A stretch of 64,000 nt of DNA from a bacterium (lineage in GTDB: Bacteria > SAR324 > XYD2-FULL-50-16 > G965216635): positions 384,001-448,000 of the forward strand of contig OZ244188.1 of NCBI GenBank assembly GCA_965216635.1, read 5' to 3'. Positions 49,434-60,180 of this stretch are shown piece after piece (the stretch's first letter is position 1; each line of letters begins with the position of its first letter). A model generated the notes under the pieces. That model searched no databases. It was not told the origin of the DNA and was given only the letters and a program-made list of their open reading frames with translations. Both the position numbers and the translations under genes were made by a program.

Positions 49434-50252
49434 TTATGCTTTAAAAACTATTTTATTCATAACCTGTTTAATTAACATTAAAAAAACAAATTCAAAAATT
49501 AGGATAAAAATAATTCCACTACTGGTTGGAATGTTCCAATAAAAAGAAATGATTATTCCTCCCAACACTCCTAAAATATTCAGTAGGATACTCCAAACCA
49601 CAGATTGACGAAAACTATAACTAAATACTTGAGCCGATAACACGGGAATGATGAGTGTTGCTCCTATCAAAAGACCTCCAATCACTTTTAAACCACTTGC
49701 CACAATAAGACCGACTGCAAACATTAAGGAGATTTCAAAAAAACGGTTTTTTTGTCGTAGGCTTTTTACGAAGTGGGAATCAAAAACAATAGCTGTTAAA
49801 CGGTTCCAAGCGCCAAGCATAAATAGGACAATTACAAAATTCACAACCAAATAGGCGAGCATTTCACCTTTGGTTATAGTCAAGATACTACCGAATAAAA
49901 ATTCTTCCAAATGCTCTGTTTCTTTTGCTAGGTGTGCAAAAAAAACCGCTACAGCCACCCCTCCGCTTAAAAGCAAAACCGCCACCGCTTCAGGAGGAAA
50001 TTTTCTTTTGTTCCAAAAAAATGCCAGTATCAGACTGCTGATAGTGGCGGTAAGTGTAATAGAGAAGTGAAGTGGAATTTGCCAAAAAATTCCAATGCCC
50101 ACGCCTGCCAAGCTTGTATGAGAGAGCATATCAGGAGCCATAGATTGCCTGCTAGCCACAACAAAATTACCTACAATAGCTGTGCTAATGCTAATAAAAA
50201 AACCTACCACTATTGCTCTTTGAAAAGCTACCTCTTGAATTATTTCAAACAT
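49434..50252 (-). CDS. znuB: Zn/Mn ABC transporter permease
   Basis: DMLSHTSLAG, LFGSIL and IGGLL motifs. Confidence 0.8.
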   Translation of the reverse strand: MFEIIQEVAFQRAIVVGFFISISTAIVGNFVVASRQSMAPDMLSHTSLAGVGIGIFWQIPLHFSITLTATISSLILAFFWNKRKFPPEAVAVLLLSGGVAVAVFFAHLAKETEHLEEFLFGSILTITKGEMLAYLVVNFVIVLFMLGAWNRLTAIVFDSHFVKSLRQKNRFFEISLMFAVGLIVASGLKVIGGLLIGATLIIPVLSAQVFSYSFRQSVVWSILLNILGVLGGIIISFYWNIPTSSGIIFILIFEFVFLMLIKQVMNKIVFKA

Positions 50253-50256
50253 TTCT

Positions 50257-51018
50257 TTAATGATGGTGATGGATTGGCACAAGGCTAGATGGTGATTTTT
50301 TAGAATGCCCTTTAGAACGGGGTACTTTTATTTTACAGATTTCTCCTTTAGCAAAATCTATCGCATGGCAGTCGGTATGAAGTTTTTTGTCTAAACATAA
50401 AATACGGTGGCATTTATCTACAATTTTTTCTATTTCGTGGGAGACAAACAAAATGCTTATTTTAAACTTTTCTCTCAATTCATCCAGTAGGTTATAAATC
50501 AAAATTTTGGTTTTGTAATCTACATTGCCTAAAGGTTCGTCAAAAAGTAGCAGTTGAGGATCACCTATAAGAGAACGGGCAATAAACACTCTTTGTTTTT
50601 GTCCGCAGGATAGGTTATAAAAATTTTGTTTTAACAAAGAGTCTTTCAAACCTACCGCAGCTAGTTTTTGTTGCATAGTACAATTTTCAGCAGCGCTATG
50701 AAAAATACTTTTTCGTTTCATAGCCATTCCGAGTATTTCTTTTACAGAAAAAGAAAAATAATTTTCAGAAAAAGCCTGCTGCGGCACATAGCCGATAGAC
50801 ACTTTGGGGTTTATTTGAACAGAGCCACTACCTGATTTTACCAAGCCTAAGATACATTTTAATAGGGTAGATTTTCCCGCTCCATTGGGACCTATCAAAC
50901 CAACATACTCTCCTTGATAAATTTGAAGATCAATTTTTTCTAGAACCTTTACTCCTTCAAAAGCAACAGTTAAATTTTTTACAGTAACAATTGGCTCTTT
51001 AGCTATTTCTATTGTCAT
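50257..51018 (-). CDS. znuC: Zn/Mn ABC transporter ATP-binding protein
   Basis: GPNGAGKS, GYVPQ and FDEP motifs; His-rich tail. Confidence 0.8.
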   Translation of the reverse strand: MTIEIAKEPIVTVKNLTVAFEGVKVLEKIDLQIYQGEYVGLIGPNGAGKSTLLKCILGLVKSGSGSVQINPKVSIGYVPQQAFSENYFSFSVKEILGMAMKRKSIFHSAAENCTMQQKLAAVGLKDSLLKQNFYNLSCGQKQRVFIARSLIGDPQLLLFDEPLGNVDYKTKILIYNLLDELREKFKISILFVSHEIEKIVDKCHRILCLDKKLHTDCHAIDFAKGEICKIKVPRSKGHSKKSPSSLVPIHHHH

Positions 51019-51851
51019 ATATCTTTCACTACCTTTTGTTGCTGCTCTCCCAAACCCTCTATACTCGCTTTCACAAAGTCTCCTTCTTTGAGATACTGCG
51101 GAGGATTTTTTCCCATACCGACACCTGAGGGAGTACCTGTAGAAATAATATCTCCAGCCTGCAAAGACATAAATTGACTGATATAAGAAATCAGGTAAGG
51201 TATCTTATAGACCATAGTTTTTGTAGAACTCTGTTGCATTATTTCTCCATTTACAGACAAAAATAATTTTAAATTGTGCGGGTCTACAATTTCATCTTTT
51301 GTGACAAACCAAGGACCTATGGGGGCAAAATTGTCGTAAGATTTTCCTTTAACCCATTGCCCCTTTCTTTTGAATTGAAAATCTCTTTCACTAACATCGT
51401 TGATTGTGCAGTAGCCCGCTACACAGTCCATCGCATCTTTTTCCGCAACATATTTGGTATTTTTTCCTATAATTACTCCCAGCTCCACTTCCCAATCGGT
51501 TTTTTCAGAATTGTGCGGTAGAAGAATATTATCAAAGGCTCCACAAATAGAAGAAGTTGCCTTCATAAAAATCATAGGTTCAGGTGGAACCTCTACACCA
51601 GATTCTGCTGCGTGGTCTGCGTAGTTCAAACCAATTGCAATCAATTTCCCCACTCCACCTATACAGGCACCTAAACGGGGAGCACCTTTTACTTCAGGAA
51701 GTTCTTCTAGATTTATTTTTCCTTTTAGAAGTTGTACTAGTGTATCCACTGTTAAGTTGTTAATTCTATCGGATAAATCGCGAATTTTTCCAGCTCTATC
51801 TAAAACTCCGAATTTTTCAACTCCTTTGTTACCGTATCTTATGAATTTCAT
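51015..51851 (-). CDS. Fumarylacetoacetate hydrolase family protein
   Basis: GLNYADH, DWEVEL, NDVSER and TGTPSGVG motifs. Confidence 0.9.
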   Translation of the reverse strand: MKFIRYGNKGVEKFGVLDRAGKIRDLSDRINNLTVDTLVQLLKGKINLEELPEVKGAPRLGACIGGVGKLIAIGLNYADHAAESGVEVPPEPMIFMKATSSICGAFDNILLPHNSEKTDWEVELGVIIGKNTKYVAEKDAMDCVAGYCTINDVSERDFQFKRKGQWVKGKSYDNFAPIGPWFVTKDEIVDPHNLKLFLSVNGEIMQQSSTKTMVYKIPYLISYISQFMSLQAGDIISTGTPSGVGMGKNPPQYLKEGDFVKASIEGLGEQQQKVVKDI

Positions 51852-51906
51852 TTTTAAAAATTATTTTAATATAAAATTTTAGTATAATTTTTCTTATAAA
51901 AAAAAT

Positions 51907-53574
51907 CTACCTTAATTTCCTAGCCAAAGGCATCCTCCAACCAGCACCCCCAAAAGCCTTTTCGCTCACCCTCAAAATAGGAGCAGCCTGCTTTCTTTTA
52001 AACTCTGCTAGTTGAAACATCCGCAAAGATTTTCGCACTAACTCCTTAGAAAATTCTTTTTCTAATTTTTTGTTTCTCTCCCCCCCAATAACTACCCTTT
52101 CCAAAACCTCGTCTAGTTCTTTATAAGGAGGCAGTTTATCTTGATCTGTCTGATTAGGCTTTAATTCAGCCGAAGGCTCTTTATTTAAAATGCTAGCAGA
52201 AAAAATTTCCCTAGTTTTGTTAATTTCTTTACAAATTGCATAAATCTCCATTTTTTTTAAATCCCCTAAAGGATTCAAGGCACCACACATATCCCCGTAA
52301 AGAGTGCAGTAGCCACTAAAAGTTTCTGATTTATTTCCGGTTGTTAGCAAAAGTTGATTGTTTTTGTTTGCTACAGCCATCAAAAGGCTTCCCCTAATTC
52401 TCGTTTGGATATTTTCCTCTGTCTCGTCTTTCTGTGTAGTTTTACCAAAAACACCATCCAGAGCCTCATCGTAAGAGTGCATAATTTTTTCAATTTTTAT
52501 TGCGTGAGTTTTTATTCCCAATTTTTCTGTCAGTTCTAAAGCATCTTTCACGCTATGTTCGCTACTGTAAGGAGAAGGCAACAAAATTGCTAAAACATTA
52601 TTCTTACCAAAAGCCTCCACTGCTAAAAACAAAGTCAGAGCAGAATCTATTCCACCCGATAAACCAAGCACTGCCTTTTGAAAACCAGTTTTATGAAAAT
52701 AATCCTTCAATCCTAAAATTAAAGCATCGCACAATTCTAGTTCTATAGGTTTAGAAGGAAGTTGGTTTTTAGGGGATTGCTCCGCAGAAAAAAGAAGACT
52801 TTCGTTTTGAAAAGAAGCCAAGCTAATTGTATAATCTACTTTGGGAATTTTTTTGGATGCCATTTTTTCAGACGCGACTACAAAACTACTGCCGTCAAAA
52901 ATAAGACTGTCCTGCCCCCCGACCTGATTGACAAAAACAACAGGACAGCCAAATTCTTGGGAGATTTTTTTTAAAAAATGTTGTCTGTGTTTTATTTTTC
53001 CTTTGGAGTAAGGAGAGCAAGAAGGGTTAAGAATGAAATCTAGTTTGTGTTCTTTGAGATGCAGTAAGTGTTTTCCAGAGTAATTTTTCACTAAATTATA
53101 TTCTTTGGAATAACACAGATCCTCGCAAATACAAACTCCGATTTTTTTGCCCTGCCATTCAAAATACTCACAAAATTCTCCAGCCTCAAAATATCTCTTC
53201 TCATCAAAGACATCGTAATTCGGCAAAAGGCATTTATAAAAATATTTTTTGACCTTTCCGTCTTGACACAAAGCTACCGCATTATAAAGTCCTTGTGTTA
53301 TTTTCGCCTTAGCTTGTTTTTTTTTGACAGCCAAACCTACCAGAAAACAATAGTCTTTTAACCTCTGACAAAGCCTTTCCAAAACAAGTTGGCTTTCTTC
53401 AATATACTCCTCTAATAAAAGCAAATCTTGAGGAGGATAACCCCAAAGAGACATTTCAGGTGTTACAAAAAAATCCGCACCAGCGCCTATCTTTAAGATC
53501 TGCGATTCTATCTTTTTTGCATTACCTTCAAAATCTGCAACCAAAAAATTTTCTTGGATAATCCCAATTTTCAT
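51907..53574 (-). CDS. nadE: Glutamine-dependent NAD+ synthetase
   Basis: Nitrilase domain (PE, K, ICED); LSGGIDS; TTGNKSE; PSAEL. Confidence 0.95.
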   Translation of the reverse strand: MKIGIIQENFLVADFEGNAKKIESQILKIGAGADFFVTPEMSLWGYPPQDLLLLEEYIEESQLVLERLCQRLKDYCFLVGLAVKKKQAKAKITQGLYNAVALCQDGKVKKYFYKCLLPNYDVFDEKRYFEAGEFCEYFEWQGKKIGVCICEDLCYSKEYNLVKNYSGKHLLHLKEHKLDFILNPSCSPYSKGKIKHRQHFLKKISQEFGCPVVFVNQVGGQDSLIFDGSSFVVASEKMASKKIPKVDYTISLASFQNESLLFSAEQSPKNQLPSKPIELELCDALILGLKDYFHKTGFQKAVLGLSGGIDSALTLFLAVEAFGKNNVLAILLPSPYSSEHSVKDALELTEKLGIKTHAIKIEKIMHSYDEALDGVFGKTTQKDETEENIQTRIRGSLLMAVANKNNQLLLTTGNKSETFSGYCTLYGDMCGALNPLGDLKKMEIYAICKEINKTREIFSASILNKEPSAELKPNQTDQDKLPPYKELDEVLERVVIGGERNKKLEKEFSKELVRKSLRMFQLAEFKRKQAAPILRVSEKAFGGAGWRMPLARKLR

Positions 53575-53581
53575 TTGTGCT

Positions 53582-54211
53582 TTACTTCTGCAGTAAAGAA
53601 TCTATTACTTTGGCGATGTTGCGGATGTCTGCTCCTTCTACTAGAATGGAGTTTTCCACTATAAAACTAGGAGTGGAGCGAATGCCTATTTTATTGATAT
53701 AGAGCCTTGAAAAGCGGATTTCTTCTAAAATAAGCGAGTCGTTTTTCATTTTTTCAAAATCTTCCTTCAATCCTAATTCCTGCGCCAAAGCCAAAATTAC
53801 ACTGTTATTGTTGAGATTTCTAATTCCAGAATCGTGGAAAGCCCTAAAAATCAGGCTTTTGGTTTGTTTGCCTTTGTTTTTTTTGACTGCAATAAAATAT
53901 AGCCTGCTAGCATTGATACCCACTGCTCCTGTAGGGTAATGCGTCCAGTTAACCTTATTGCCGTATTTTTTGACAAGAGTGGGCAGATTCTTATTAAAAT
54001 TGTAGCAATGAGGACAAGCAAAACTAAGCACTTCTATAATTTTTACTTTTTTTAGACTATGTGCTTTGGGCGGAGTCTTTCCAGCGAGAATTGTATAGTT
54101 TCCTTGAATCGCGCCTGTCTGAATTTCTTGGGCTTGAATAGTGCGAACCAGAATTTCTTGCGTTCCCGCGAAAGCAAGAAACAAAACAAATGAATTAATT
54201 ATTTTTTTCAT
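53582..54211 (-). CDS. DsbA-like thiol:disulfide oxidoreductase
   Basis: CPHC active site; cis-Pro STP motif. Confidence 0.8.
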   Translation of the reverse strand: MKKIINSFVLFLAFAGTQEILVRTIQAQEIQTGAIQGNYTILAGKTPPKAHSLKKVKIIEVLSFACPHCYNFNKNLPTLVKKYGNKVNWTHYPTGAVGINASRLYFIAVKKNKGKQTKSLIFRAFHDSGIRNLNNNSVILALAQELGLKEDFEKMKNDSLILEEIRFSRLYINKIGIRSTPSFIVENSILVEGADIRNIAKVIDSLLQK

Positions 54212-54288
54212 AATAAATTTTTAAATAAAGTTATTAAAGTTAATCAAATACTAGCATAGTTTTTAAAGTTTTTAAAATATTTTTTTTT

Positions 54289-55416
54289 TTAGACGATTAC
54301 AACTTCCATTCTTTTACTCCAAGAAGTCAACTGGTCGTAACAAAGACTCGCCATCCAGCTACCTAGCTCGTGCACAGTGATAGATTTTTCTCCCTGCTCC
54401 CCTATTATTACTACTTCGTCTCCCACCTCTACTTTTTCAATAGCGTCAATAGCCACCACAATAGCGTCCATAGAAACACCGCCAAGAATAGGAGCAAATT
54501 CACCCGAAATAAGAACTTTTCCTTTATTGCGAATGCGCGGAAAACCATCTCCGTAGCCCATAGGAAGCACTGCTATCCGTTTGTCTTGAGTAGCCGTAAA
54601 GTGCATTCCATAGCCGACACTTTCGCCTTTTTTTAAAATTTTCACAGCAGAAACTCTAGTTTTCACCGACATTATAGGTTTTAAGCCTTCTCCAGCGATT
54701 TTAATTCTTCTGCAAGAATCCGAAGGATAAATTCCCGTATTTAAAATTCCTATTCTGACAGCGGTGTGATGAAACTGCGGTAAATCCAAGTATCCACCAG
54801 TGTTGCAAACGTGGATATATTTAGGAGAAATATTCTTTGTTGTCAAGTCGTCTAGTACTTTTTGGAATTTTTGGTGTTGTAAATTGGCATAGCTTTTATC
54901 TGGCTCATCAGATTGAGCAAAATGGCTCATTATTCCTTCCAATTCTAAATGGGGAATTTTGGAAATTTCCAAATAAAGAGCTGCCGCTTCTTTCCAAGCG
55001 ACGCCGTACCTTCCCAAACCTGTATCCACTTTGAGATGAATTTTGGTTGTTTTTTTTTGCTTTGCTGAAAGTTCAGAGATTTTTTTTGCTCTTTCTAAAG
55101 ATTGAATCTGCAGCGTCCAGTTATGCTCCACACAGGTTTCCAATTCATCCTCAAATCTATCGTAAAGTAAAAATATTGGTTTGCTGATTTCGGAATGGTT
55201 TATTTGTTTCTCTAAATCCAATGCCTCAAAAAGACAAGAAACAGCAAGGTAAGTCGCCCCTATTTTTAGTGCTTCTTCAGCGACGAGTTTTGCGTCGTGT
55301 CCAAAAGCATTGTCTTTGATAACACAAAAATAATGCAAACCTTTCGGCATATCTTTTTTAAGCAGAATAAGATTTTTTTGCAGTTGTATTTTAGAAATTT
55401 CTAACCAAGCTCTCAT
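54289..55416 (-). CDS. alr: Alanine racemase
   Basis: VIKDNAFGH, HLKVDTG, MSHFA and GYGDG motifs. Confidence 0.92.
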   Translation of the reverse strand: MRAWLEISKIQLQKNLILLKKDMPKGLHYFCVIKDNAFGHDAKLVAEEALKIGATYLAVSCLFEALDLEKQINHSEISKPIFLLYDRFEDELETCVEHNWTLQIQSLERAKKISELSAKQKKTTKIHLKVDTGLGRYGVAWKEAAALYLEISKIPHLELEGIMSHFAQSDEPDKSYANLQHQKFQKVLDDLTTKNISPKYIHVCNTGGYLDLPQFHHTAVRIGILNTGIYPSDSCRRIKIAGEGLKPIMSVKTRVSAVKILKKGESVGYGMHFTATQDKRIAVLPMGYGDGFPRIRNKGKVLISGEFAPILGGVSMDAIVVAIDAIEKVEVGDEVVIIGEQGEKSITVHELGSWMASLCYDQLTSWSKRMEVVIV

Positions 55417-55477
55417 AATTTTTTTGCATAAATTTTAATTTTAGAATATAGTGTTTTTAAAAACTAATCAATACCCA

Positions 55478-56518
55478 ATGAAACAACAAATTTATCCCGT
55501 TTTTGATTTACATTGCGATCTTTTAGCCTATCTTGGAGCGAGCGAAAAATACACATCGCTAGACGAAGACGCACTTTGTTCTTTACCGCAACTCAAAGCT
55601 GGAGCTATTCAAATGCAAGTGATGGCTTTTTTTGAAGGCTCTGCAACCAATTCTTTACAAAGTTATCAAAAACAAAAAACAGCTTTTTTCTCTTTAAACA
55701 AGGATAAAAATGTAACCCTCCTAAAGGACTTTTCTTATCCCGAATGGGTGAAATCCGTGCTGGACGCTACTGCAAATCAACCAGAGCAGATTTTAGCAAT
55801 TCCAGCGATAGAAAATATCAACCTAGTTTGCTTAAACGGAGAAAAAATAGAAACAAGTCTACAAAGACTAGATGAATTTAGCGAGCAGGTAGGCAAACCT
55901 TTTTATATTATTATGACTTGGTCGGGAGAAAACGATTTCGGCGGAGCTTTTGATACAAAAATAGGCTTGAAAGAAAAAGGAAAGTATTTACTGAATTATT
56001 GTATAGAAAAAAATGTTGCAATAGATTTTTCCCACGCTTCTGATTTTTTGATTGAAGACACATTCAACTTTTTAGAAAAAGAAAATCCAGCACAAGCTAT
56101 TCTAGCCAGCCATTCTAACTTCCGCACTTTAACCAACCGACCCAGAAACCTTGCGGAAGAATTTGTTTTAGAAATAGTAAAAAGAAATGGGATTATTGGA
56201 ATCAATGCGATGTGCGATTTTATAGGAGGGATAAAAATAGACAACCTCGTGCGGCATTTAGAATACGGATTGAAGAACTACCCCGAGAACATTGCTTTAG
56301 GGTTAGATTTTTTTTCAGAAAAAATTCTGCCACCTGATTTTAAGCCGCAGCTAGATTTTGATTCTATCTTTCCAAAAGGCTTATCTCATTCGGGAGAAAC
56401 ACAAAATATTTTTCCTGCTCTTCAAAAAAAAGGCTATCAAGACGAACAACTAAAAGCCCTATCCAAAGATAACGCCCTCCGATTTTTCCAGAGGATCTAC
56501 GAAAGCGATAAAGCTTAA
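55478..56518 (+). CDS. Membrane dipeptidase (M19)
   Basis: DLHCD, DFSH, ASHSN, RNL and GLDF motifs. Confidence 0.85.
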   Translation: MKQQIYPVFDLHCDLLAYLGASEKYTSLDEDALCSLPQLKAGAIQMQVMAFFEGSATNSLQSYQKQKTAFFSLNKDKNVTLLKDFSYPEWVKSVLDATANQPEQILAIPAIENINLVCLNGEKIETSLQRLDEFSEQVGKPFYIIMTWSGENDFGGAFDTKIGLKEKGKYLLNYCIEKNVAIDFSHASDFLIEDTFNFLEKENPAQAILASHSNFRTLTNRPRNLAEEFVLEIVKRNGIIGINAMCDFIGGIKIDNLVRHLEYGLKNYPENIALGLDFFSEKILPPDFKPQLDFDSIFPKGLSHSGETQNIFPALQKKGYQDEQLKALSKDNALRFFQRIYESDKA

Positions 56519-56874
56519 AATTTTTCACTAGTTTTAAAATAATTCAGTATCGGTTTTCCTATAACTCCTCCTGCAATAAACGAAAGAACTTTAAGTATAA
56601 TTTCCCCTATTTCACTTTTTGCTGTTTTAGCTGATTCTAAATCTGCAGGATTGACGTATTTTAGTAAAGGAGGATATGCAGTTAAAACAAGGTAATAAGT
56701 AACGCAGAGACCAAATAAAAAAATAAATATTATTATAAGACAGTTTAAAGCTGTAGAAAGTTGCCTTTTATGCTTGTAAGTGGTTTCTTCTAGTTTGATT
56801 TTTTCTATAAGGGTAGAATCTCCGCTTCCTTTTTCCTTTTTTTTACCATCTTCTATTTTCTGTTCTAAATTCAT
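56515..56874 (-). CDS. Small membrane protein, candidate toxin partner of the Panacea antitoxin
   Basis: Two hydrophobic segments; 5 bp downstream of the Panacea gene. Confidence 0.55.
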   Translation of the reverse strand: MNLEQKIEDGKKKEKGSGDSTLIEKIKLEETTYKHKRQLSTALNCLIIIFIFLFGLCVTYYLVLTAYPPLLKYVNPADLESAKTAKSEIGEIILKVLSFIAGGVIGKPILNYFKTSEKF

Positions 56875-56879
56875 AAAAT

Positions 56880-57359
56880 CTAATTGAGTAATTTAGCGTA
56901 GTATTTTTTTATATCTTTTTTAGGGATTGTTTTATTATAAAAACCTTCTTTATAGTTATTATGCCAAGGAGTATTTTCATTATGGGTCCTGCCTATTAAT
57001 TCTGCAATGGGAAGACTACCATAATTACTTTTTACGGCTTCTAAAACTTCGTGGGTTTTTTTATCATCTTCAGCTATAGAAAAATATATTTTTTTTTCCT
57101 GCATTGGATCATAAAAATAAGAACGGCTTTTTATAACACCGTAACCGTAGTGTTTAAATTCGTGATAAATAGAAGGAATAACGGGACCTAACCGCCAAGC
57201 CTGTATAGGTTCTTTAAATAATTCTAATTCTTCATCAAAACAAACAAGGGCAAAACCATAGGAAATATAAATAAGTTTGTTTAACCTTAAATTATCTACG
57301 CTTTTGAGATTATCAATAAAATAATTTGCGAGACAAGAGGGAGTGTAATAATCTTTCAC
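56880..57359 (-). CDS. Panacea (DUF4065/SocA-like) antitoxin-domain protein
   Basis: LRLNKLIY, EPIQAWRLGPV and TH..TPW motifs. Confidence 0.85.
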   Translation of the reverse strand: MKDYYTPSCLANYFIDNLKSVDNLRLNKLIYISYGFALVCFDEELELFKEPIQAWRLGPVIPSIYHEFKHYGYGVIKSRSYFYDPMQEKKIYFSIAEDDKKTHEVLEAVKSNYGSLPIAELIGRTHNENTPWHNNYKEGFYNKTIPKKDIKKYYAKLLN

Positions 57360-57616
57360 GATGATTTTAATTCAATTAATTTATATCTGATATTTTATAA
57401 AAATCTATTTTTTTGTCAAGCATATTTTATAGATTTTTGGTAATAGGGGAAAAATATGCTTTTTGTTTAGGAAAAACAAGCTTTTCTACCAATACTGGCT
57501 GTGTCTACGGGTTTTAGCAAAAGCTCCATTGGGGTTTTTGCGGTCTATATAAGTATTGTTTTATCAATGTGGGGGGGAGAGCACAGAGCCCAAATGTCAG
57601 AGGGGTGGTTTTGTTT

Positions 57617-58891
57617 CTACTTGAAGAGATAGACAAAGCGGATAAAAAGGGAGGCTGGTGCTTCTACTTCTATCGTTGTTTTTGTAGGCACAGGTGGCGT
57701 GTTGTAGGTTTCTATGTTCGTCGTTTGCACTTCACCATAGGTGGGAGTTACTGTTCCTTTTACTAGTATTCTTCTATCAACTTTTCTTTCTAGTGATACT
57801 CTGCCCTCCCTTAAATCATTAAAAAGAACGCTTCTAGTTTCTCCTGGATAGCCCGACACAGCACCTCCAACCAATACAGATGAGGGAATAGGACTCGGTA
57901 GCGGCTCTGCTACTGAGCTTGTTGTTGGCACTGGTGCTGCATAGGTCTGTTTTACAGAGAGCTTTGCCCCCACCCACAGTAGTCCCGCTTCTATGGAAAA
58001 GTTTTTGCTAAAATTTCGCTTATAGCCAAGATGAACGGCGGGGGCTATTTTTGAATCCGAGCCTAGCACAGTTTCTAGCTTGGCTTGGGCTAAACCAGCT
58101 CCTGCATAGAGCCCGTAGGGCAGGTGCCAATCTACTAATACAATTTGACTATTCAGCTTGTTATCTCCCGCACTCCATTGGTGTAGGCTAAAAGAAACAC
58201 GAAACTTTTCAAAGTCGTAGCCTAGTTGCAATCCGTTACCTGCTAAACTGGTATTTTCGCTGCTAACAGAAGGAGGCGATAGAAAAGAATCTACAGATGT
58301 TCCTGTTAAAAATTCACTAAAAGAGGTTAGATCTAGTCCTTGGAAGTGGTTGAAACAGGCAGCTACTACATCTGTAGTTGTGGAAGAGGCTGGATTAGAA
58401 TTTGCGTCAAAGTGAGTGGCAGTATAGGTTTCAGAATTTATGCTTCTATAGCGACCATCTTTACAAATATTCTCTACAATACCTATTGCAGTAGCATCTA
58501 AACCCACACTAGGTGTAACTGCCTCACCATTACCCTTCAAGCCTTCCACTCTATCGGTGGTGCTTGCAGTGAATTCTATGTCTGAGGTAACGAATGTTCT
58601 GGTGAGTGTTGTTACTACTTCTGTAAGGGTAGTGTTTTCTGTAGTGGTTTTTATTTTAGCACCTAGATAAAAGGGACTCACCCCGATAGACCAACCTTGC
58701 TGTCTTGCTTCTTGGGCTTGCAGATTATTTACTCCCGCAAAAAGTAAAAGCAAGCACGAAAGCGAAGCTAAAATTGCCAGGGTTATTTTGCTTGATTTCA
58801 CAATTTCTTTTGTTTGCATAGTTTCTTTTGTTTGCATAATTTTTTGAGATTCCATAATTTTTTGAGGTTCCATAGTCTTTTGAGGTTCCAT
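57617..58891 (-). CDS. Outer-membrane beta-barrel-like protein, paralog 3 of 3
   Basis: Signal peptide, amphipathic strands, C-terminal FVYLFK. Confidence 0.7.
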   Translation of the reverse strand: MEPQKTMEPQKIMESQKIMQTKETMQTKEIVKSSKITLAILASLSCLLLLFAGVNNLQAQEARQQGWSIGVSPFYLGAKIKTTTENTTLTEVVTTLTRTFVTSDIEFTASTTDRVEGLKGNGEAVTPSVGLDATAIGIVENICKDGRYRSINSETYTATHFDANSNPASSTTTDVVAACFNHFQGLDLTSFSEFLTGTSVDSFLSPPSVSSENTSLAGNGLQLGYDFEKFRVSFSLHQWSAGDNKLNSQIVLVDWHLPYGLYAGAGLAQAKLETVLGSDSKIAPAVHLGYKRNFSKNFSIEAGLLWVGAKLSVKQTYAAPVPTTSSVAEPLPSPIPSSVLVGGAVSGYPGETRSVLFNDLREGRVSLERKVDRRILVKGTVTPTYGEVQTTNIETYNTPPVPTKTTIEVEAPASLFIRFVYLFK

Positions 58892-58904
58892 AGTCTTTTT
58901 ATTT

Positions 58905-60167
58905 CTACTTGAAGAGATAGACGAAGCGGATAAAAAGGGAGGCTGGTGCTTCTACTTCTATCGTTGTTTTTGTAGGCACAGTTCTGGTTGTAGTTTTCGA
59001 TTGTCCTCCAGTGTAAATTGGAGTTACTATTCTTTCTACTAGTATTCTTTTATCCTCTTTAGCAATAATATTTCTGTTATAAATATTTTCTCTATTATCT
59101 GAAAAATAAATTGAATCATTGTTTATTTGACCAGTTAAATCACCACCTACCAATACACGGGGGGAGGTGATCGGGCTTGGCGTTGCCGGTAGTGCTACTG
59201 AGGTTCTTGTTGCTACTGGTGCTGCAGCGCTCTGTTTTATAGAGAGCTTTGCCCCCACCCACAGCAGTCCCGCTTCTATGGAAAAGTTTTTGCTAAAATT
59301 TCGCTTATAGCCAAGATGAACGGCGGGGGCTATTTTTGAATCCGAGCCTATAGATGTTTCTAGCTTGGCTTGGGCTAAACCAGCTCCTGCATAGAGCCCG
59401 TAGGGCAGGTGCCAATCTACTAGTACAATTTGACTATCCAGCTTGTTATCTCCCGCACTCCATTGGTGTAGGCTCAAAGAAAGGCGAAACTTTTCAAAGT
59501 CGTAGCCTAGTTGCAATCCGTTACCGCTTAAACTGGTATTTTCGCTGCTAACAGAAGGCGGCGATAGAAAAGAATTTACATTTGTTCCTGTTAAATCACT
59601 AAAAGAATTTGCAAGTCCTTGGAAGTGCTTGAAACAGGCATCTGCCTTTGTATTTGTTTCAGCGGTTGCATCAGCATTAGAATTTGCGTCAAACTGACGA
59701 GCATTATAGTATCCAGCACCATCATAGGTGCCATCTTTACAAATATCCACTACAGCAGATATTGCTATTTCATTGTCAGCCAAAAGGGAAACAACACTAG
59801 CAGAAGTGTTTAAATATCTTTCTACTGCATCGGTGGTGCTCGCAGTGAATTCTATGTCTGCGGTAACGAATGTTCTGGTGCCAGTTGTTACTACTTCTGT
59901 AAGAGTGGTGTTTTCTGTAGTGCTTTTGATTTTAGCACCTAGATAAAAGGGACTAACCCCGATAGACCAACCTTGCTGTCTTGCTTCTTGGGCTTGCAGA
60001 TTATTTACTCCCGCAAAAAGTAAAAGCAAGCACGAAAGCGAAGCTAAAATTGCCAGGGTTATTTTGCTTGATTTCACAATTTCTTTCGTTTGCCTGATTT
60101 CTTTTGTTTCCATAGTTTCTTGTGATTTTATAGTTTTTTGAGATTCCATAGTCTTTTGAGGTTCCAT
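58905..60167 (-). CDS. Outer-membrane beta-barrel-like protein, paralog 2 of 3
   Basis: Same scaffold as its neighbours. Confidence 0.7.
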   Translation of the reverse strand: MEPQKTMESQKTIKSQETMETKEIRQTKEIVKSSKITLAILASLSCLLLLFAGVNNLQAQEARQQGWSIGVSPFYLGAKIKSTTENTTLTEVVTTGTRTFVTADIEFTASTTDAVERYLNTSASVVSLLADNEIAISAVVDICKDGTYDGAGYYNARQFDANSNADATAETNTKADACFKHFQGLANSFSDLTGTNVNSFLSPPSVSSENTSLSGNGLQLGYDFEKFRLSLSLHQWSAGDNKLDSQIVLVDWHLPYGLYAGAGLAQAKLETSIGSDSKIAPAVHLGYKRNFSKNFSIEAGLLWVGAKLSIKQSAAAPVATRTSVALPATPSPITSPRVLVGGDLTGQINNDSIYFSDNRENIYNRNIIAKEDKRILVERIVTPIYTGGQSKTTTRTVPTKTTIEVEAPASLFIRFVYLFK

Positions 60168-60180
60168 AGTCTTTTTATTT

